Source: Bacteriovoracia bacterium
GTDB taxonomy: Bacteria; Bdellovibrionota; UBA1018; JBFWNL01
Length of the DNA stretch: 64,000 bases
Reading direction: 5' to 3'
Assembly: GCA_050251055.1 (NCBI GenBank)
Contig: JBFWNL010000006.1
Location: 1 to 64,000 of the forward strand
Of the stretch, positions 46,928 through 59,870 are shown piece by piece (the first letter of the stretch is position 1; the number at the start of each line of letters is the position of its first letter). The position numbers and the translations under genes are program-made. The notes under the pieces are model-generated. The model was given only the letters and a program-made list of their open reading frames with translations. It was not told the origin of the DNA and ran no database searches.

Positions 46928-49002
46928 AACCCCCGTCTTCCGAATTATCCGGCGAAGGATCCGGGGATCTCATTCTTTCCGTCGCCATTCCGCGTCCGCT
47001 CGAAGGACTGTTTACCTATCGGCTGCCGCGGGAAATGGCGGGAGAGGTGAGTCTGGGCGGTTGGGTGAAGGTGCCCTTCGGCCGAACGGTGACCCATGCC
47101 TACGTGGTCGAGAACCCGGTGCCGGCGAGCGATACCCCCGGTCACCTGCAGGATAAATCCCTGAAAAACGTGCTCGCGGTGGGCGACCGGGAAACCATCC
47201 TGCCTCCGGAAGTCGTGAAACTATGCCGCTGGGTGCACGAATATTACCAAGCACCGCTAGGGGAAGTCATGAACGTGGCGCTCTCGGCCGCCGCGATGGG
47301 GTTGAAAGCGAAAAAGGAAAGGGCGTCCAAAGGCGAGGCGCCCCCGCCGACCGAACCGCGCGTGCTTACCTTGAGCGCCGACCAGGACCGGGTCGTGGAA
47401 GCGCTGGATCGCCTTAGGCTGGACGCTCCGGCGACGGACGGCCAGACGGCGCTTCTTCACGGGGTCACGGGGAGCGGAAAGACCGAAGTGTACATGGAAC
47501 TCGCGCGCCGTGCCTTGCGCGCGGGACGAAGCGTACTGGTGCTCGTACCGGAAATCGCCCTTACGCCGCAGTTGCACGAGCGGTTTGAGCAGGGCCTGGG
47601 CTGTCGGGTCGCCCTGTGGCACTCGGCGGTTTCTGACGGAAAGAAACACCAGCAGTGGCTCGCCCTTAAGCGAGGTGAGTTGAAGGTACTGGTGGGCGCG
47701 CGGTCGGCGATCTTCGCGCCCATGCGTGACCTGGGGTTGATCGTCGTCGACGAAGAACACGACAGCTCTTACAAACAGGAAGAGCGCGTGCGGTACCAGG
47801 CACGCGATTTGGCGCTCGTGCGCGGTCGCGCGGAAAAAACCTTGGTTTTACTCGGATCGGCGACCCCCAGCCTAGAGACCTTGGAGAAGGCCCGTGACGG
47901 GCGGCACCATTATTTCGAGCTTAAGGAGCGGGTTACGGGAGGCGGATTGCCCTCGGTGGAAGTCGTGGACATGACCGAGGAGGAGTGGGTGGAAGATCTG
48001 CGCGCGCCTTTCGCCAAGCGCACGTTGGAGGAGATCCGCAAAACCCTCGAGGCCGGCAACCAGGTCATGGTGTTTTTGAATCGACGGGGTTTCGCCGCGT
48101 TCCTCGTTTGCGCTGATTGTGGTGACGTGCGCGAGTGTCCCGACTGTTCGATCTCGCTGAGCATGCACAAGCGGCAGCGCAAGCTGAAGTGCCACGTTTG
48201 CGGGCACCAGGAACCCATTCCCGACATATGCGGAAAGTGCCAGAGCCTGAATCTTGATCCCGTGGGGGCGGGGACGGAAAGCCTGGAGGACGAGCTGCCC
48301 GCGGCGGTGCCGGGCTTGGTGCCGTTGCGGTTGGATCGCGACCAGGTGACGAGCGTGCAACGGCTGGAGCAGTTGCTCGATGACTTTCGAGCGGGTAAGG
48401 CGAATTGCCTGCTCGGTACGCAAATGCTCGTGAAGGGCCACGATTTCCCTAAGGTCACGCTGGTGGTCGTGGTGATGGCGGATGCGCTTTTTCGTTGGCC
48501 AGATTTTCGCGCGCCTGAACGCGCTTATCAGGTGCTGACCCAGGTGGCGGGCCGCGCGGGTCGGGGGAGCGAGCCGGGTCGTGTGCTGATCCAAACCTTT
48601 TCGAAAGACCACCCGGTCATCGGCGCCGTCAGCGGGAGTTTTCCGGTTGAAGATTTCTTGAAACAAGAGCGTGAGCTGCGCGAAACCCTGAATTATCCGC
48701 CGTTCGGTCGACTCGTGCGCCTACGCCTAGAGGCGCCCGAACCCGCCGAGGCCCAACTGCGCGCCGCCGCTGTTGCGCGCCACCTGCAAGGGACGCTGAC
48801 CGGCGTGTCGGACGGGGGGTTGCAGCTGCTTGGGCCGAGTGAGGCTTTTTTGGAGAAAATGAAGGGCACTTACCGCTGGGATTTGTTGCTCAAGTCCAAA
48901 GAGGTGAGGCCCCTGCAGCGGGGCGCGTTTGAAGCCCGTAAATTCTGCTATTCAAAAAAGTGGCCGCTGCTTGTCGACGTGGACCCTTCCGGGGTAGGAT
49001 AG
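46924..49002 (+). CDS. priA: Primosomal protein N'
   Basis: [20 protein letters not shown], four CxxC pairs, [21 protein letters not shown]. Confidence 0.97.
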   Translation: MKPPSSELSGEGSGDLILSVAIPRPLEGLFTYRLPREMAGEVSLGGWVKVPFGRTVTHAYVVENPVPASDTPGHLQDKSLKNVLAVGDRETILPPEVVKLCRWVHEYYQAPLGEVMNVALSAAAMGLKAKKERASKGEAPPPTEPRVLTLSADQDRVVEALDRLRLDAPATDGQTALLHGVTGSGKTEVYMELARRALRAGRSVLVLVPEIALTPQLHERFEQGLGCRVALWHSAVSDGKKHQQWLALKRGELKVLVGARSAIFAPMRDLGLIVVDEEHDSSYKQEERVRYQARDLALVRGRAEKTLVLLGSATPSLETLEKARDGRHHYFELKERVTGGGLPSVEVVDMTEEEWVEDLRAPFAKRTLEEIRKTLEAGNQVMVFLNRRGFAAFLVCADCGDVRECPDCSISLSMHKRQRKLKCHVCGHQEPIPDICGKCQSLNLDPVGAGTESLEDELPAAVPGLVPLRLDRDQVTSVQRLEQLLDDFRAGKANCLLGTQMLVKGHDFPKVTLVVVVMADALFRWPDFRAPERAYQVLTQVAGRAGRGSEPGRVLIQTFSKDHPVIGAVSGSFPVEDFLKQERELRETLNYPPFGRLVRLRLEAPEPAEAQLRAAAVARHLQGTLTGVSDGGLQLLGPSEAFLEKMKGTYRWDLLLKSKEVRPLQRGAFEARKFCYSKKWPLLVDVDPSGVG

Positions 49003-49019
49003 ACCCTGGCGGGGGTGCA

Positions 49020-49757
49020 ATGAGCAAAGAACGCGAAGCGTTCTCCAAAAATCTTCGAAGTAAGATCAAGGCGCAGATCGATCTGGCGCAGGAAGAGCTC
49101 AAGCGCGATCTTTTTCGCCGCCGCATCGAGGTCGCGCGGCAGGGAATTCGCTCCTACGAAGACGGGCAGATTACCGAAGCCGTGAAGCATTTCCACATGT
49201 ACCTGCGCATCTTGGAAGAGTGGAAGAAGGTTCCCGAATGGGGACTCACGCCGGGTCTTTTCGATATGAAGGCCGATCAGGCGGAGCTGCTGCTCATTAG
49301 CGGCGTATACTGGGACATGGCCAAGATCTACGACCGGACGCGCACCGAAAGCGGGCAGCGTGATTTCCGTAGGTATCTCGAGAAATACGTGCTCTTTTCC
49401 ACCGGCATGCCGTTTCAGGCGCTTTGCGCCGAGGCGATTCGGAAGTATTCCGCGTTCAATAAAGGCAAGCACAAGGCGGCATTTAAGGCCGCATATAAAC
49501 GTCTGGCCGTTGGGAAATGTTTTGTGGCCACGGAGCTCTACGATGAACTCGCGCCGTCGACGTTGCCGAGCCTACGCGATTTTCGCGACGAAACGCTCGC
49601 TCGCTCACGCTCGGGGCGTGCGTTCACCGCCTGGTATTATCGGCACGGAGAACAAATCGCGGAATGGGTGGCGAGAAAGCCGGCTTGGTTCAGGTCTTGC
49701 CTGGCGAGGATTCTGGACTGGATGGCGCGTTCGGTGAGGCGCCCGACGTCGGATTAG
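49020..49757 (+). CDS. Helical protein with CFI-box-CTERM-like domain
   Basis: C-terminal CFVATELY...LRDFRD...GRAFTAWYYRHG. Confidence 0.75.
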   Translation: MSKEREAFSKNLRSKIKAQIDLAQEELKRDLFRRRIEVARQGIRSYEDGQITEAVKHFHMYLRILEEWKKVPEWGLTPGLFDMKADQAELLLISGVYWDMAKIYDRTRTESGQRDFRRYLEKYVLFSTGMPFQALCAEAIRKYSAFNKGKHKAAFKAAYKRLAVGKCFVATELYDELAPSTLPSLRDFRDETLARSRSGRAFTAWYYRHGEQIAEWVARKPAWFRSCLARILDWMARSVRRPTSD

Positions 49758-50523
49758 CGGCTCCGTGCAGGACCGTGCCGATGCGTCCGGGGCGGAAGTA
49801 GTAAAGGCCTTCCTTGAAATCCACCCAAAGCGAAAGCCAGATCACCATCGCCTTGCCTTTGATGTTCTGCATCGGGACAAAGCCCCAGAAGCGGCTGTCG
49901 TTGGAGTGGTCGCGGTTGTCTCCCATTACGAAATACTGGTCCTGCGGCACCGTGATCGGCCCGAAGTTTTCGATGGAATAAGTGCTGGAATCGACCATGA
50001 CGGTAGGCGTGTCGTTCTGCATCTTCTCGTGGAAGATTTTTAAGCTACTGAGGTTGTAGCTGCTGGGATCGATCGTGGCGGTTACCTGTTTGGCTTCGTC
50101 CGCCGAAAGCGGTTCGGAAGCGATGGGCTGGCCGTTAATGATCAGGCGCTTGTCCTTTAGCTCCACGGTGTCGCCAGAGGTCGCGACAATCCGTTTGATA
50201 TAATAGAGGCTTTCGTCCTTGGGGTACTTGAACACGATCACGTCGCCGCGCTTGGGGGGATCGCGTCGGATGAGATAGACCGGATCGCCGAACCACTCGG
50301 TAAAGGGGAGCTTGAAGCCGTAGGCAAATTTATTGACGAAGATGTGATCGCCGATCAACAGGGTGGGGATCATGGAGCCCGAAGGGATCTTGTAGGCTTC
50401 GATGATGCTAGAGCGGACCATGAGGACCAGGAAAAACGCGATCCCGATCGAGGTGACGTTCTCGATGAGCCACTTTTTGCGGGACTTGCCCGCCGAGGGG
50501 GTGGGCTGCTCCGGGTTTTCCAT
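49690..50523 (-). CDS. lepB: Signal peptidase I
   Basis: IPSGSMIPTL, RGDVIVF, YIKRIV, MGDNRDHSNDSRFWG. Confidence 0.96.
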   Translation of the reverse strand: MENPEQPTPSAGKSRKKWLIENVTSIGIAFFLVLMVRSSIIEAYKIPSGSMIPTLLIGDHIFVNKFAYGFKLPFTEWFGDPVYLIRRDPPKRGDVIVFKYPKDESLYYIKRIVATSGDTVELKDKRLIINGQPIASEPLSADEAKQVTATIDPSSYNLSSLKIFHEKMQNDTPTVMVDSSTYSIENFGPITVPQDQYFVMGDNRDHSNDSRFWGFVPMQNIKGKAMVIWLSLWVDFKEGLYYFRPGRIGTVLHGAANPTSGASPNAPSSPESSPGKT

Positions 50524-50589
50524 ATGGCGTTAACGATACTCCGAAATGAGCGCCAGTTATAGAAAAATCTGGTAAACTTCTGGGAGGTT

Positions 50590-51678
50590 ATGCGGATTCT
50601 CGCCCGGTACGTCTCCGAGGTTTTTATCAAGAATTTCCTGATGGCTCTGCTCGGCCTGACGCTCATTTACCTCTTCCAGGCCGTCATGGGGATGCTCTTC
50701 GATAACCAGTTCCCGCTGCACCAAATCCTCATTTATAAGGCCATGGAGCTGCCGGAGATCATGGTCCAGGTCTGTGCGCCGGCCGTCTTGGTGTCTACCG
50801 TCCTTTGCTTGGGGGGGCTGAACCGCAGTAACGAGCTCACGGCGTGTTATTCGATCGGGATCGGGTTCCGGCAGATCGTCGTGATCCTCCTTTCGCTTAT
50901 TTTCATGATCTCCTGCCTTACCCTCGCTACTCAAGACCGCGTGCTACCCATGCTCTTCAAGCGTAAGACGACTTACTACTGGCACGACATGAAGAAGCGG
51001 ACCGACTTCGTGCTGGATCTGCGCCAAGACAAGATTTGGTATCGTTCCAAGAACTTGATTTACAACCTACGCACCTTCGATCCCGCGAACCGCACGATTC
51101 ACGGCATGGTGATCTATACTTTCGACGACGATTTTCGCTTGGCGGAGGTGACCGAGGCGAAGTCCGCTACTTATAACGATGCGAACTGGAAGTTGATGGA
51201 TGGCACGGTGACAGTGTTCACGGGTTCCGAGGGCTTTCCTTTGACCAAGAAGTTCGAACAGAAGGAGCTCGTGATCGGTGAGACGCCGAAGGACTTCCAG
51301 GAAATCGAAAAGGAAGTGGGTGGGCTGCGGCTGAAGGAGTTGTATCGCTACATTCAGCGTACGCGCGAGAACGGAATCGACGCGCATTCATACGAGGTGA
51401 GATTTCATTCACGAATCAGTCAAAGCTTCGTGCCGATTGTGATGTGTTTTCTCGCGCTTCCTTTTTCGACCCGGAATCGTCGCGAAGGCGGCGCGGGTGC
51501 GGGCAAAGATGTCGTGATTTGCTTGGGATTTTCCTTTCTATATTTACTTTTCCAATCGATCGGATTATCCCTGGGGGAAAATGGCGCACTGCCCCCATTG
51601 GTCTCGGCGTGGTTGCCGAGCGTGATTTTCCTGGGCTTGGCGGTGGCGCTGATCACGTATCGTCGGAAGACGGCGTGA
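50590..51678 (+). CDS. lptG: LPS export ABC permease (LptF/LptG family)
   Basis: ILARY, SNELTAC..IG, 3+3 TM around a beta-jellyroll, AWLPSVIF. Confidence 0.85.
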   Translation: MRILARYVSEVFIKNFLMALLGLTLIYLFQAVMGMLFDNQFPLHQILIYKAMELPEIMVQVCAPAVLVSTVLCLGGLNRSNELTACYSIGIGFRQIVVILLSLIFMISCLTLATQDRVLPMLFKRKTTYYWHDMKKRTDFVLDLRQDKIWYRSKNLIYNLRTFDPANRTIHGMVIYTFDDDFRLAEVTEAKSATYNDANWKLMDGTVTVFTGSEGFPLTKKFEQKELVIGETPKDFQEIEKEVGGLRLKELYRYIQRTRENGIDAHSYEVRFHSRISQSFVPIVMCFLALPFSTRNRREGGAGAGKDVVICLGFSFLYLLFQSIGLSLGENGALPPLVSAWLPSVIFLGLAVALITYRRKTA

Positions 51679-51698
51679 GGCCGGCGTGAAACATTAAA

Positions 51699-52298
51699 AT
51701 GGCGAAACTGAAGATCTACACATTCCCCGACACGGTCTTGAAGCAAAAGGCCGCCCCGATCGCCCGGGTGGAGAAGTCTTATTTCAAACTCGCCGACGAC
51801 ATGCTCGAGACCATGTACCACGCGCCCGGCATCGGGTTGGCCGCGAACCAGGTGGGGCTGCTCGAGCGGATCGTAGTAATCGACACCGATTACAAGCTAG
51901 ATGATCTGCCCGAGGGCGCCCCTCCCCCTGATTTGGCTGAAGGCGGCGAGGTGGTGAGTGGCGGGATCATCACGAATCGCAAACCCATCGTGATGATTAA
52001 TCCGGAGATCGTGTATCGCGAAGGCTCCCAGATTTACTGCGAAGGCTGCCTTTCGGTGCCCGAGTACCAGGAAGAAGTAAAGCGAGCCGAAAAAGTAAAG
52101 GTCGAGTATCAGGATCCGGATGGACTGAAGCACACCCTGAGTGCGGAGGGATTGCTCGCCGTTTGCATCCAGCACGAGCTCGATCACCTGGACGGAAAGC
52201 TCTTCATCGATCGCTTAAGCACGATCAAGCGTGATCTCGTAAAAAAGAAACTCATCCGGGCGCGCGCCGAAAAAGAAGCCTCGGAGTCAGAAGATTAA
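51699..52298 (+). CDS. def: Peptide deformylase
   Basis: GIGLAANQ, EGCLS, QHELDH. Confidence 0.97.
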   Translation: MAKLKIYTFPDTVLKQKAAPIARVEKSYFKLADDMLETMYHAPGIGLAANQVGLLERIVVIDTDYKLDDLPEGAPPPDLAEGGEVVSGGIITNRKPIVMINPEIVYREGSQIYCEGCLSVPEYQEEVKRAEKVKVEYQDPDGLKHTLSAEGLLAVCIQHELDHLDGKLFIDRLSTIKRDLVKKKLIRARAEKEASESED

Positions 52299-52302
52299 GG
52301 AA

Positions 52303-53241
52303 ATGCTCAAGGTCGTTTTCATGGGCACGCCCGAGTTTTCGCTGCCCGCCCTGCGGGCGGTGGCGGGCGCGCACCAAGTGGTGGCGGTATACACGCAACC
52401 CGATAGGCCCGTGGGGCGAGGGCTGGAAGTTCGGTACTCTCCCGTGAAGCAGGCGGCGCTGGATTTGGGTCTGCCCGTTTTCCAGCCTGAGAAACTTTCC
52501 GATGTAGGTGAAATAGAAAAGCTGCGCGCGCTGCAAGCCGACGTGATGGTCGTCGTGGCTTACGGTCAAATCTTGAAGCGCGCCGTGATTGAAATGCCCA
52601 GACTGGGCTGCATTAACATCCACTCCTCCTTGCTTCCGCGCTGGCGTGGGGCCGCGCCAATCCAGCGCGCGATGCTCGCGGGCGACGCGGAAACGGGCGT
52701 GACGACGATGCTGATCGCCGAAAAGCTCGACGCCGGGGATATCTTGCTGCAAAAGCACACGCCGATTGCCGCCGACGAAACCGCGCAAACCCTGCATGAT
52801 CGGTTGGCCTCCTTGGGCGGCGAGTTGATCCTACCGACGCTCGCGGGGCGGGCGGATGGCTCGCTTCAGGCACAGAAACAGGACGAAGCAAAGGTGACCT
52901 ACGCGGCGAAGCTGACCAAGGAGCTCGAGCGCCTGAATCCCGTCGGCTCCGACGCTGCGAGTCTTGATCGTCAGGTGCGCGCGTTGAATCCGTGGCCCGG
53001 GACCAGCGTGACGCTCACGACGGGCGAGCGGCTGAAGATCAAGCGCGCGGCCTTGCGCCGTGATGTCACCGGCGGCGCGGGGACCTTGTTTGAGAAGCAA
53101 GGGCAAGTGTTTTTAGGCGCATCCGACGGCGCTTTGGAGCTGGTACGCGTGCAATGGGATGGGAAAAAGGAAGTTGATTCTTCGGCCTTTCTCAATGGTA
53201 TAAGGGGGGCAGGTTTGAAACTTCCCCTGCAACTCGCGTGA
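52303..53241 (+). CDS. fmt: Methionyl-tRNA formyltransferase
   Basis: FMGTPEF, TQPDRP, NIHSSLLPRWRGAAPI, LDAGD. Confidence 0.97.
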   Translation: MLKVVFMGTPEFSLPALRAVAGAHQVVAVYTQPDRPVGRGLEVRYSPVKQAALDLGLPVFQPEKLSDVGEIEKLRALQADVMVVVAYGQILKRAVIEMPRLGCINIHSSLLPRWRGAAPIQRAMLAGDAETGVTTMLIAEKLDAGDILLQKHTPIAADETAQTLHDRLASLGGELILPTLAGRADGSLQAQKQDEAKVTYAAKLTKELERLNPVGSDAASLDRQVRALNPWPGTSVTLTTGERLKIKRAALRRDVTGGAGTLFEKQGQVFLGASDGALELVRVQWDGKKEVDSSAFLNGIRGAGLKLPLQLA

Positions 53242-53250
53242 TCGGAGCCC

Positions 53251-53930
<680 letters not shown>

Positions 53931-53934
<4 letters not shown>

Positions 53935-55453
53935 ACCTTCTTGGAAAAAGCATGAAAGTCGTAAAGATCGGTCATGGAAAAATTAGTTTAGAGCAGGTCG
54001 AGGCGGTCGCCGCCGGCCGGCGGAAGGTCGATATTCACCCCGCCGCCGCCCGCCGAATTCAAAAAGCCCACGTATTTTTACAGAGGGAAATGAAAACCGG
54101 CCGCGCGATCTATGGCGTAAATACGGGTTTCGGCTATCTCTCCAACGTACGCGTCCCGGACGAAGACCTCGAAACTTTGCAATATAATCTCCTGCGCTCG
54201 CACGCGGTCGGCGTAGGGGATCCGATGCCTGATCCCGTCGTGAAAGCCATGCTGCTTTTGCGCGCGCACGCACTCGCGTTCGGGCACTCGGGGGTGAGTC
54301 TGACGCTCGTACGTCAGATCGTGAAGGTTCTCAATGCCGGTATCTGCCCGTTGATCCCACATCAAGGTTCAGTCGGTGCGAGTGGGGATTTAGCGCCATT
54401 GGCGCATCTGGCGCTCGTCCTCATCGGAGAGGGCAAGGCACGCCGAAACGGTAAGCTCATGTCTGGCGCAGCCGCCCTGAAGTCCGCCGGGTTAAAGCCC
54501 ATTCGCTTGGGGCCCAAGGAGGGATTGGCGCTCATTAACGGCACGCAATTCATGACGGCGATCGGCGCGCTGGCCGTGCTCGATGCCGAGTATTTGGCTG
54601 ATTTTGCCGACGTCGTGGGCGCGCTTACCTTGGAGGCCATGCGCGGGACGGTGAAGGCGTTTGATCCCGATATCCACCGCGTGCGCTCGCATCCAGGTCA
54701 GGCGGAGTCGGCCGCGCGTATTCGCAAGATGTTGCGAGAGGGTGGAGCGAGCACGATCAGCAAGAGCCATGTCAACTGCACCCGCGTGCAGGACCCTTAC
54801 AGCCTTCGTTGCATGCCGCAGGTGCACGGGGCCACGCGCGACGCGCTGAAATTTGTGCGCGGGGTATTGGAGCGCGAAGTGAATGCGGTTACCGATAATC
54901 CCTTGATTTTTCCCGAGGCGAAGAAAATCCTCAGTGGCGGAAACTTCCACGGCCAGGTCGTTTCGCTGGCCATGGACACGTTAGCCATCGCCGTCGCGGA
55001 GCTGGCGAGTATTTCCGAGCAGCGCCTGCACAAGCTCATTAACCCCGTCATGTCGGAACTGCCGGCGTTTCTCGTGAAAGAAAGCGGGCTGAATAGCGGC
55101 TTCATGATCGTCCAGGTCGCGGCCGCTAGTATCGTCTCCGAGAATAAGACGCTCGCGCATCCGGCGGTCGTGGATTCCATACCCACCTCGGCCGACAAGG
55201 AAGATCACGTCAGCATGGGTGCCTGGGCCGCGCGCAAGGCGAGTCGCGTGGTGAAGAATACGCGCCGGGTGTTGGCTATGGAAGCGCTGGCCGCCGCGCA
55301 AGGCATAGATCTTTTGCGCCCGCTACGGACGACGCCGTTCTTGGAGCGCACGCATCGGCTCATTCGCTCGCGCGTGCGCACGTACGCGCAGGACCGAATT
55401 TTTAGCGGAGATTTAGAGACCGCCGAGCGCATGATCGGCGATCGGGAGTTTGT

Positions 55454-55466
<13 letters not shown>
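53931..55466 (+). CDS. hutH: Histidine ammonia-lyase
   Basis: [17 protein letters not shown] (MIO), [23 protein letters not shown]. Confidence 0.95.
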
Positions 55467-57154
<1,688 letters not shown>

Positions 57155-57160
57155 TCGCGC

Positions 57161-58390
57161 ATGTCCCAGGTTTATATCCACGCGAGCGAGATCCTCACCG
57201 GCGAAGGCATTCGTCGCAAGGATGGCCGGCGCCCGGAGGAATCCGACCTGGGTCGTATCGAGGACGGCGCGATCGTGATCGCCGACCCCAAGCGGGATGG
57301 CCGCCCGGGGAAGATTGAATGGGTAGGTAAGACCTCGGATCTCCCGAAACGTTATGGGCGGGTCCGTAAAAAAAATCTCAAACGGAAGCACGCCGTTGTT
57401 CCCGGTCTAGTGGACTGCCACACGCACCTGGTGTTTGCGGGCGATCGATCGGAGGAATTTGCCGCGCGCTGCGGAGGCGCGACCTACGCCGAAATCGCGG
57501 CGAAGGGTGGGGGTATCCTCACCACCGTACGGGCCACGCGCGATGCTTCCGCGAAAGAGCTTTTCCGTCTGGCCAATGCGCGACTACGCGAGGCCTATAA
57601 CTACGGTGTGCGCACGATCGAAATCAAAACGGGCTATGGGCTCACGCCCGAGTCCGAGCTGAAGTGTCTTGAAGTGATTCGTGAGCTCAAGAAGAGCTGC
57701 CCGAAGATGACGATCCAATCCACTTTCTTGGGGGCGCATGCTTTTCCGAAAGAGCTGCCACGTACCGAGTATCTACGGCAGCTCACCGAAGAGATGATCC
57801 CGCAGGCTGCGAAGAGGAAGCTTGCTGACGCTTGCGACGTTTTCATCGACGAGGGTTACTATACGATTGAAGAAGGCCGTCAGGTGCTGGAGGCCGGCCG
57901 CCGTCACGGGATGGCGATTAAGCTTCACGGCGATGAGCTCGTCGACACCGGATCGGCCGCGTTCGCCTGCGAGATGGGCGCGCTCTCCGTCGATCACTTG
58001 CTGAAAGTTTCCCCCGAAGGGATCCGTCGCCTAGGCTCATCCGATACGGTGGCCGTACTCCTCCCGGGGACCGCGTTTTATCTGAAAGCTCCGCACGCCC
58101 CCGCCCGTGCGCTCATCGACGCCGGCGCGCGCGTCGCGCTCTCGACGGATTTTAATCCCGGCACCAGCATGACTTTGTCGCTTCCGACAATCCTCACCAT
58201 CTCCGCGCTTTATCTCCAGATGTCCCGCGCCGAGCTCTTCGCGGGCGTGACTTATAATGGCGCGCGCGCGCTGGGTTTGCACGAGCGCAAAGGGACGCTG
58301 GAGAAAGGCAAAGACGGGGATATCGCGGTATTGCCGTTCGCGCGTTTCGAGGAGATGTATTACCGATTCGCCTGGGCGCCAGGGATGTAG
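57161..58390 (+). CDS. hutI: Imidazolonepropionase
   Basis: DCHTH, GGGILTTV, EIKTGYG, FLGAH, STDFNPG. Confidence 0.95.
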   Translation: MSQVYIHASEILTGEGIRRKDGRRPEESDLGRIEDGAIVIADPKRDGRPGKIEWVGKTSDLPKRYGRVRKKNLKRKHAVVPGLVDCHTHLVFAGDRSEEFAARCGGATYAEIAAKGGGILTTVRATRDASAKELFRLANARLREAYNYGVRTIEIKTGYGLTPESELKCLEVIRELKKSCPKMTIQSTFLGAHAFPKELPRTEYLRQLTEEMIPQAAKRKLADACDVFIDEGYYTIEEGRQVLEAGRRHGMAIKLHGDELVDTGSAAFACEMGALSVDHLLKVSPEGIRRLGSSDTVAVLLPGTAFYLKAPHAPARALIDAGARVALSTDFNPGTSMTLSLPTILTISALYLQMSRAELFAGVTYNGARALGLHERKGTLEKGKDGDIAVLPFARFEEMYYRFAWAPGM

Positions 58391-59034
58391 TACGTGACTT
58401 TACGCGTGAGCAGCCAATAGACGGCCGCCGCGCAGCCCAGGCCCGCGAAACAATCGACGATGTAATGTTGCTTCGTCGTCAAGGTGGTGATCGCGACCGC
58501 GGTCGCCCAAAGAAAGAAAGCCCAGAATTTCTTGCGCGCAGCCGGGCTTGGGTCCTGTAGGAATACGAAAGACGTGATGTAGCAGCTGCCTACGTGCAGG
58601 CTGGGTAGGCAGTTCGCCGGCGTATCCAAGCTTCGAAACGTGCTGAATACCCAGTAAGTGAACATGTTCTCGTTTCCGGTGAGCGGGTAGAGATCGCGCG
58701 GATAAGTCGTGGGGAAGAACCAAAAGATGAGCACGCTAAAAGTCTGCAGCACCAGCAGACAATAGCAGAAGAGGTTCATGGATTTTCGGTCCTTGAGCTG
58801 GAGAAAAGCCAACGGGAACAGCGCGTACTCGCTCAGGTAGATCCAAATCGTATCGGGCACGAGCGGGGTGACCCGATCGATCCACCACATGGGCAGCATC
58901 GCGGGCTCGAAAAGGTGGACGCGGTTGGAGCTTACGTACATCGCGAGCATCACGAAGGTCAGGATCCATCCGGACTTGATCTTGTTCTCCGACGTGACGT
59001 ACATCGGAAGCGAAAGAGTCATTACTTCAGCCAT
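58360..59034 (-). CDS. PAP2-superfamily (Aur1/IPT-like) membrane phosphatase/phosphotransferase
   Basis: NCLPSLHV and KQHYIVD catalytic motifs, multiple TMs. Confidence 0.8.
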   Translation of the reverse strand: MAEVMTLSLPMYVTSENKIKSGWILTFVMLAMYVSSNRVHLFEPAMLPMWWIDRVTPLVPDTIWIYLSEYALFPLAFLQLKDRKSMNLFCYCLLVLQTFSVLIFWFFPTTYPRDLYPLTGNENMFTYWVFSTFRSLDTPANCLPSLHVGSCYITSFVFLQDPSPAARKKFWAFFLWATAVAITTLTTKQHYIVDCFAGLGCAAAVYWLLTRKVTYYIPGAQANR

Positions 59035-59609
59035 TCCTTCATCTGGGCGTGTACTTGTTGGCTATTCCAATCGCGGTCGCCACTCTCCGCCATCAACACC
59101 TTGCGATCCTTATCCAGGATCACCGTGAACGGGATGGCATGGACGTCGAAGAAGCGGCTTAACTCTTGGTCGGCATCGTAATAGGCGGCGAAGTCGATTT
59201 TAAATTGCTCAAGGGCCCGTCCCATGACGGCTTCCGGGTTTTCGTCGACATTGATGGTGATGACTTCAAATCCGTCCTTTTGGAACGCTTCGCGCAGTTT
59301 CACGATCGAGGGCATTTCGATCACGCAAGCCTCGCACCAGGTCGCCCAGAAATTAATGAGAGCGATCTTGTGCTTCAGCTTGGAGTATTCAATCTTTCCG
59401 CCTCGAAAGCGCGAGAGCGTGAAATCGGGGAGCGTAGCGCCCACGCGCACTTCCGCGTGCCCGTCTCCGTCCGCGCCCGGCGCGCCCACTTGTGACTTCA
59501 AAAAGGAAAGCCCCCCGATGGCGATCGCGATGATCACGACAATCGGCGCGACGATCGGAATGAACCGCTTCCAGGAGTGATTTCGTGTACTTGATGCGGG
59601 GTCTGTCAT
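59022..59609 (-). CDS. TlpA/ResA family thioredoxin-like protein
   Basis: N-terminal TM, INFWATWCEAC, IPFT. Confidence 0.92.
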   Translation of the reverse strand: MTDPASSTRNHSWKRFIPIVAPIVVIIAIAIGGLSFLKSQVGAPGADGDGHAEVRVGATLPDFTLSRFRGGKIEYSKLKHKIALINFWATWCEACVIEMPSIVKLREAFQKDGFEVITINVDENPEAVMGRALEQFKIDFAAYYDADQELSRFFDVHAIPFTVILDKDRKVLMAESGDRDWNSQQVHAQMKEWLK

Positions 59610-59639
59610 CTTCTGGAATTATACCTTAGAATGATAGTT

Positions 59640-59870
59640 ATGAAAGAGGGTAAAGCGGATCCTAAGGCCGGCCAGGCGCTCATCGAGTACATCCTCATGC
59701 TCAGCGCCGCCCTCCTGATCGTGGGCTTGGTGAACCAAGGTTTCTATAAGATCCGTAATTACCTTTGGCGGAAGATCACCTGCGAGGTCGCCGCTCCCTG
59801 TCCGGGTTGCGAAGCCCCCGCGGGGACGGATCGCGCGGTTAGTCGTTCATTCGGACGGGGCTGTAACTGA
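59640..59870 (+). CDS. Flp/TadE-like prepilin
   Basis: KAG-QALIEY class III signal, hydrophobic helix, CEVAAPCPGC. Confidence 0.7.
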   Translation: MKEGKADPKAGQALIEYILMLSAALLIVGLVNQGFYKIRNYLWRKITCEVAAPCPGCEAPAGTDRAVSRSFGRGCN

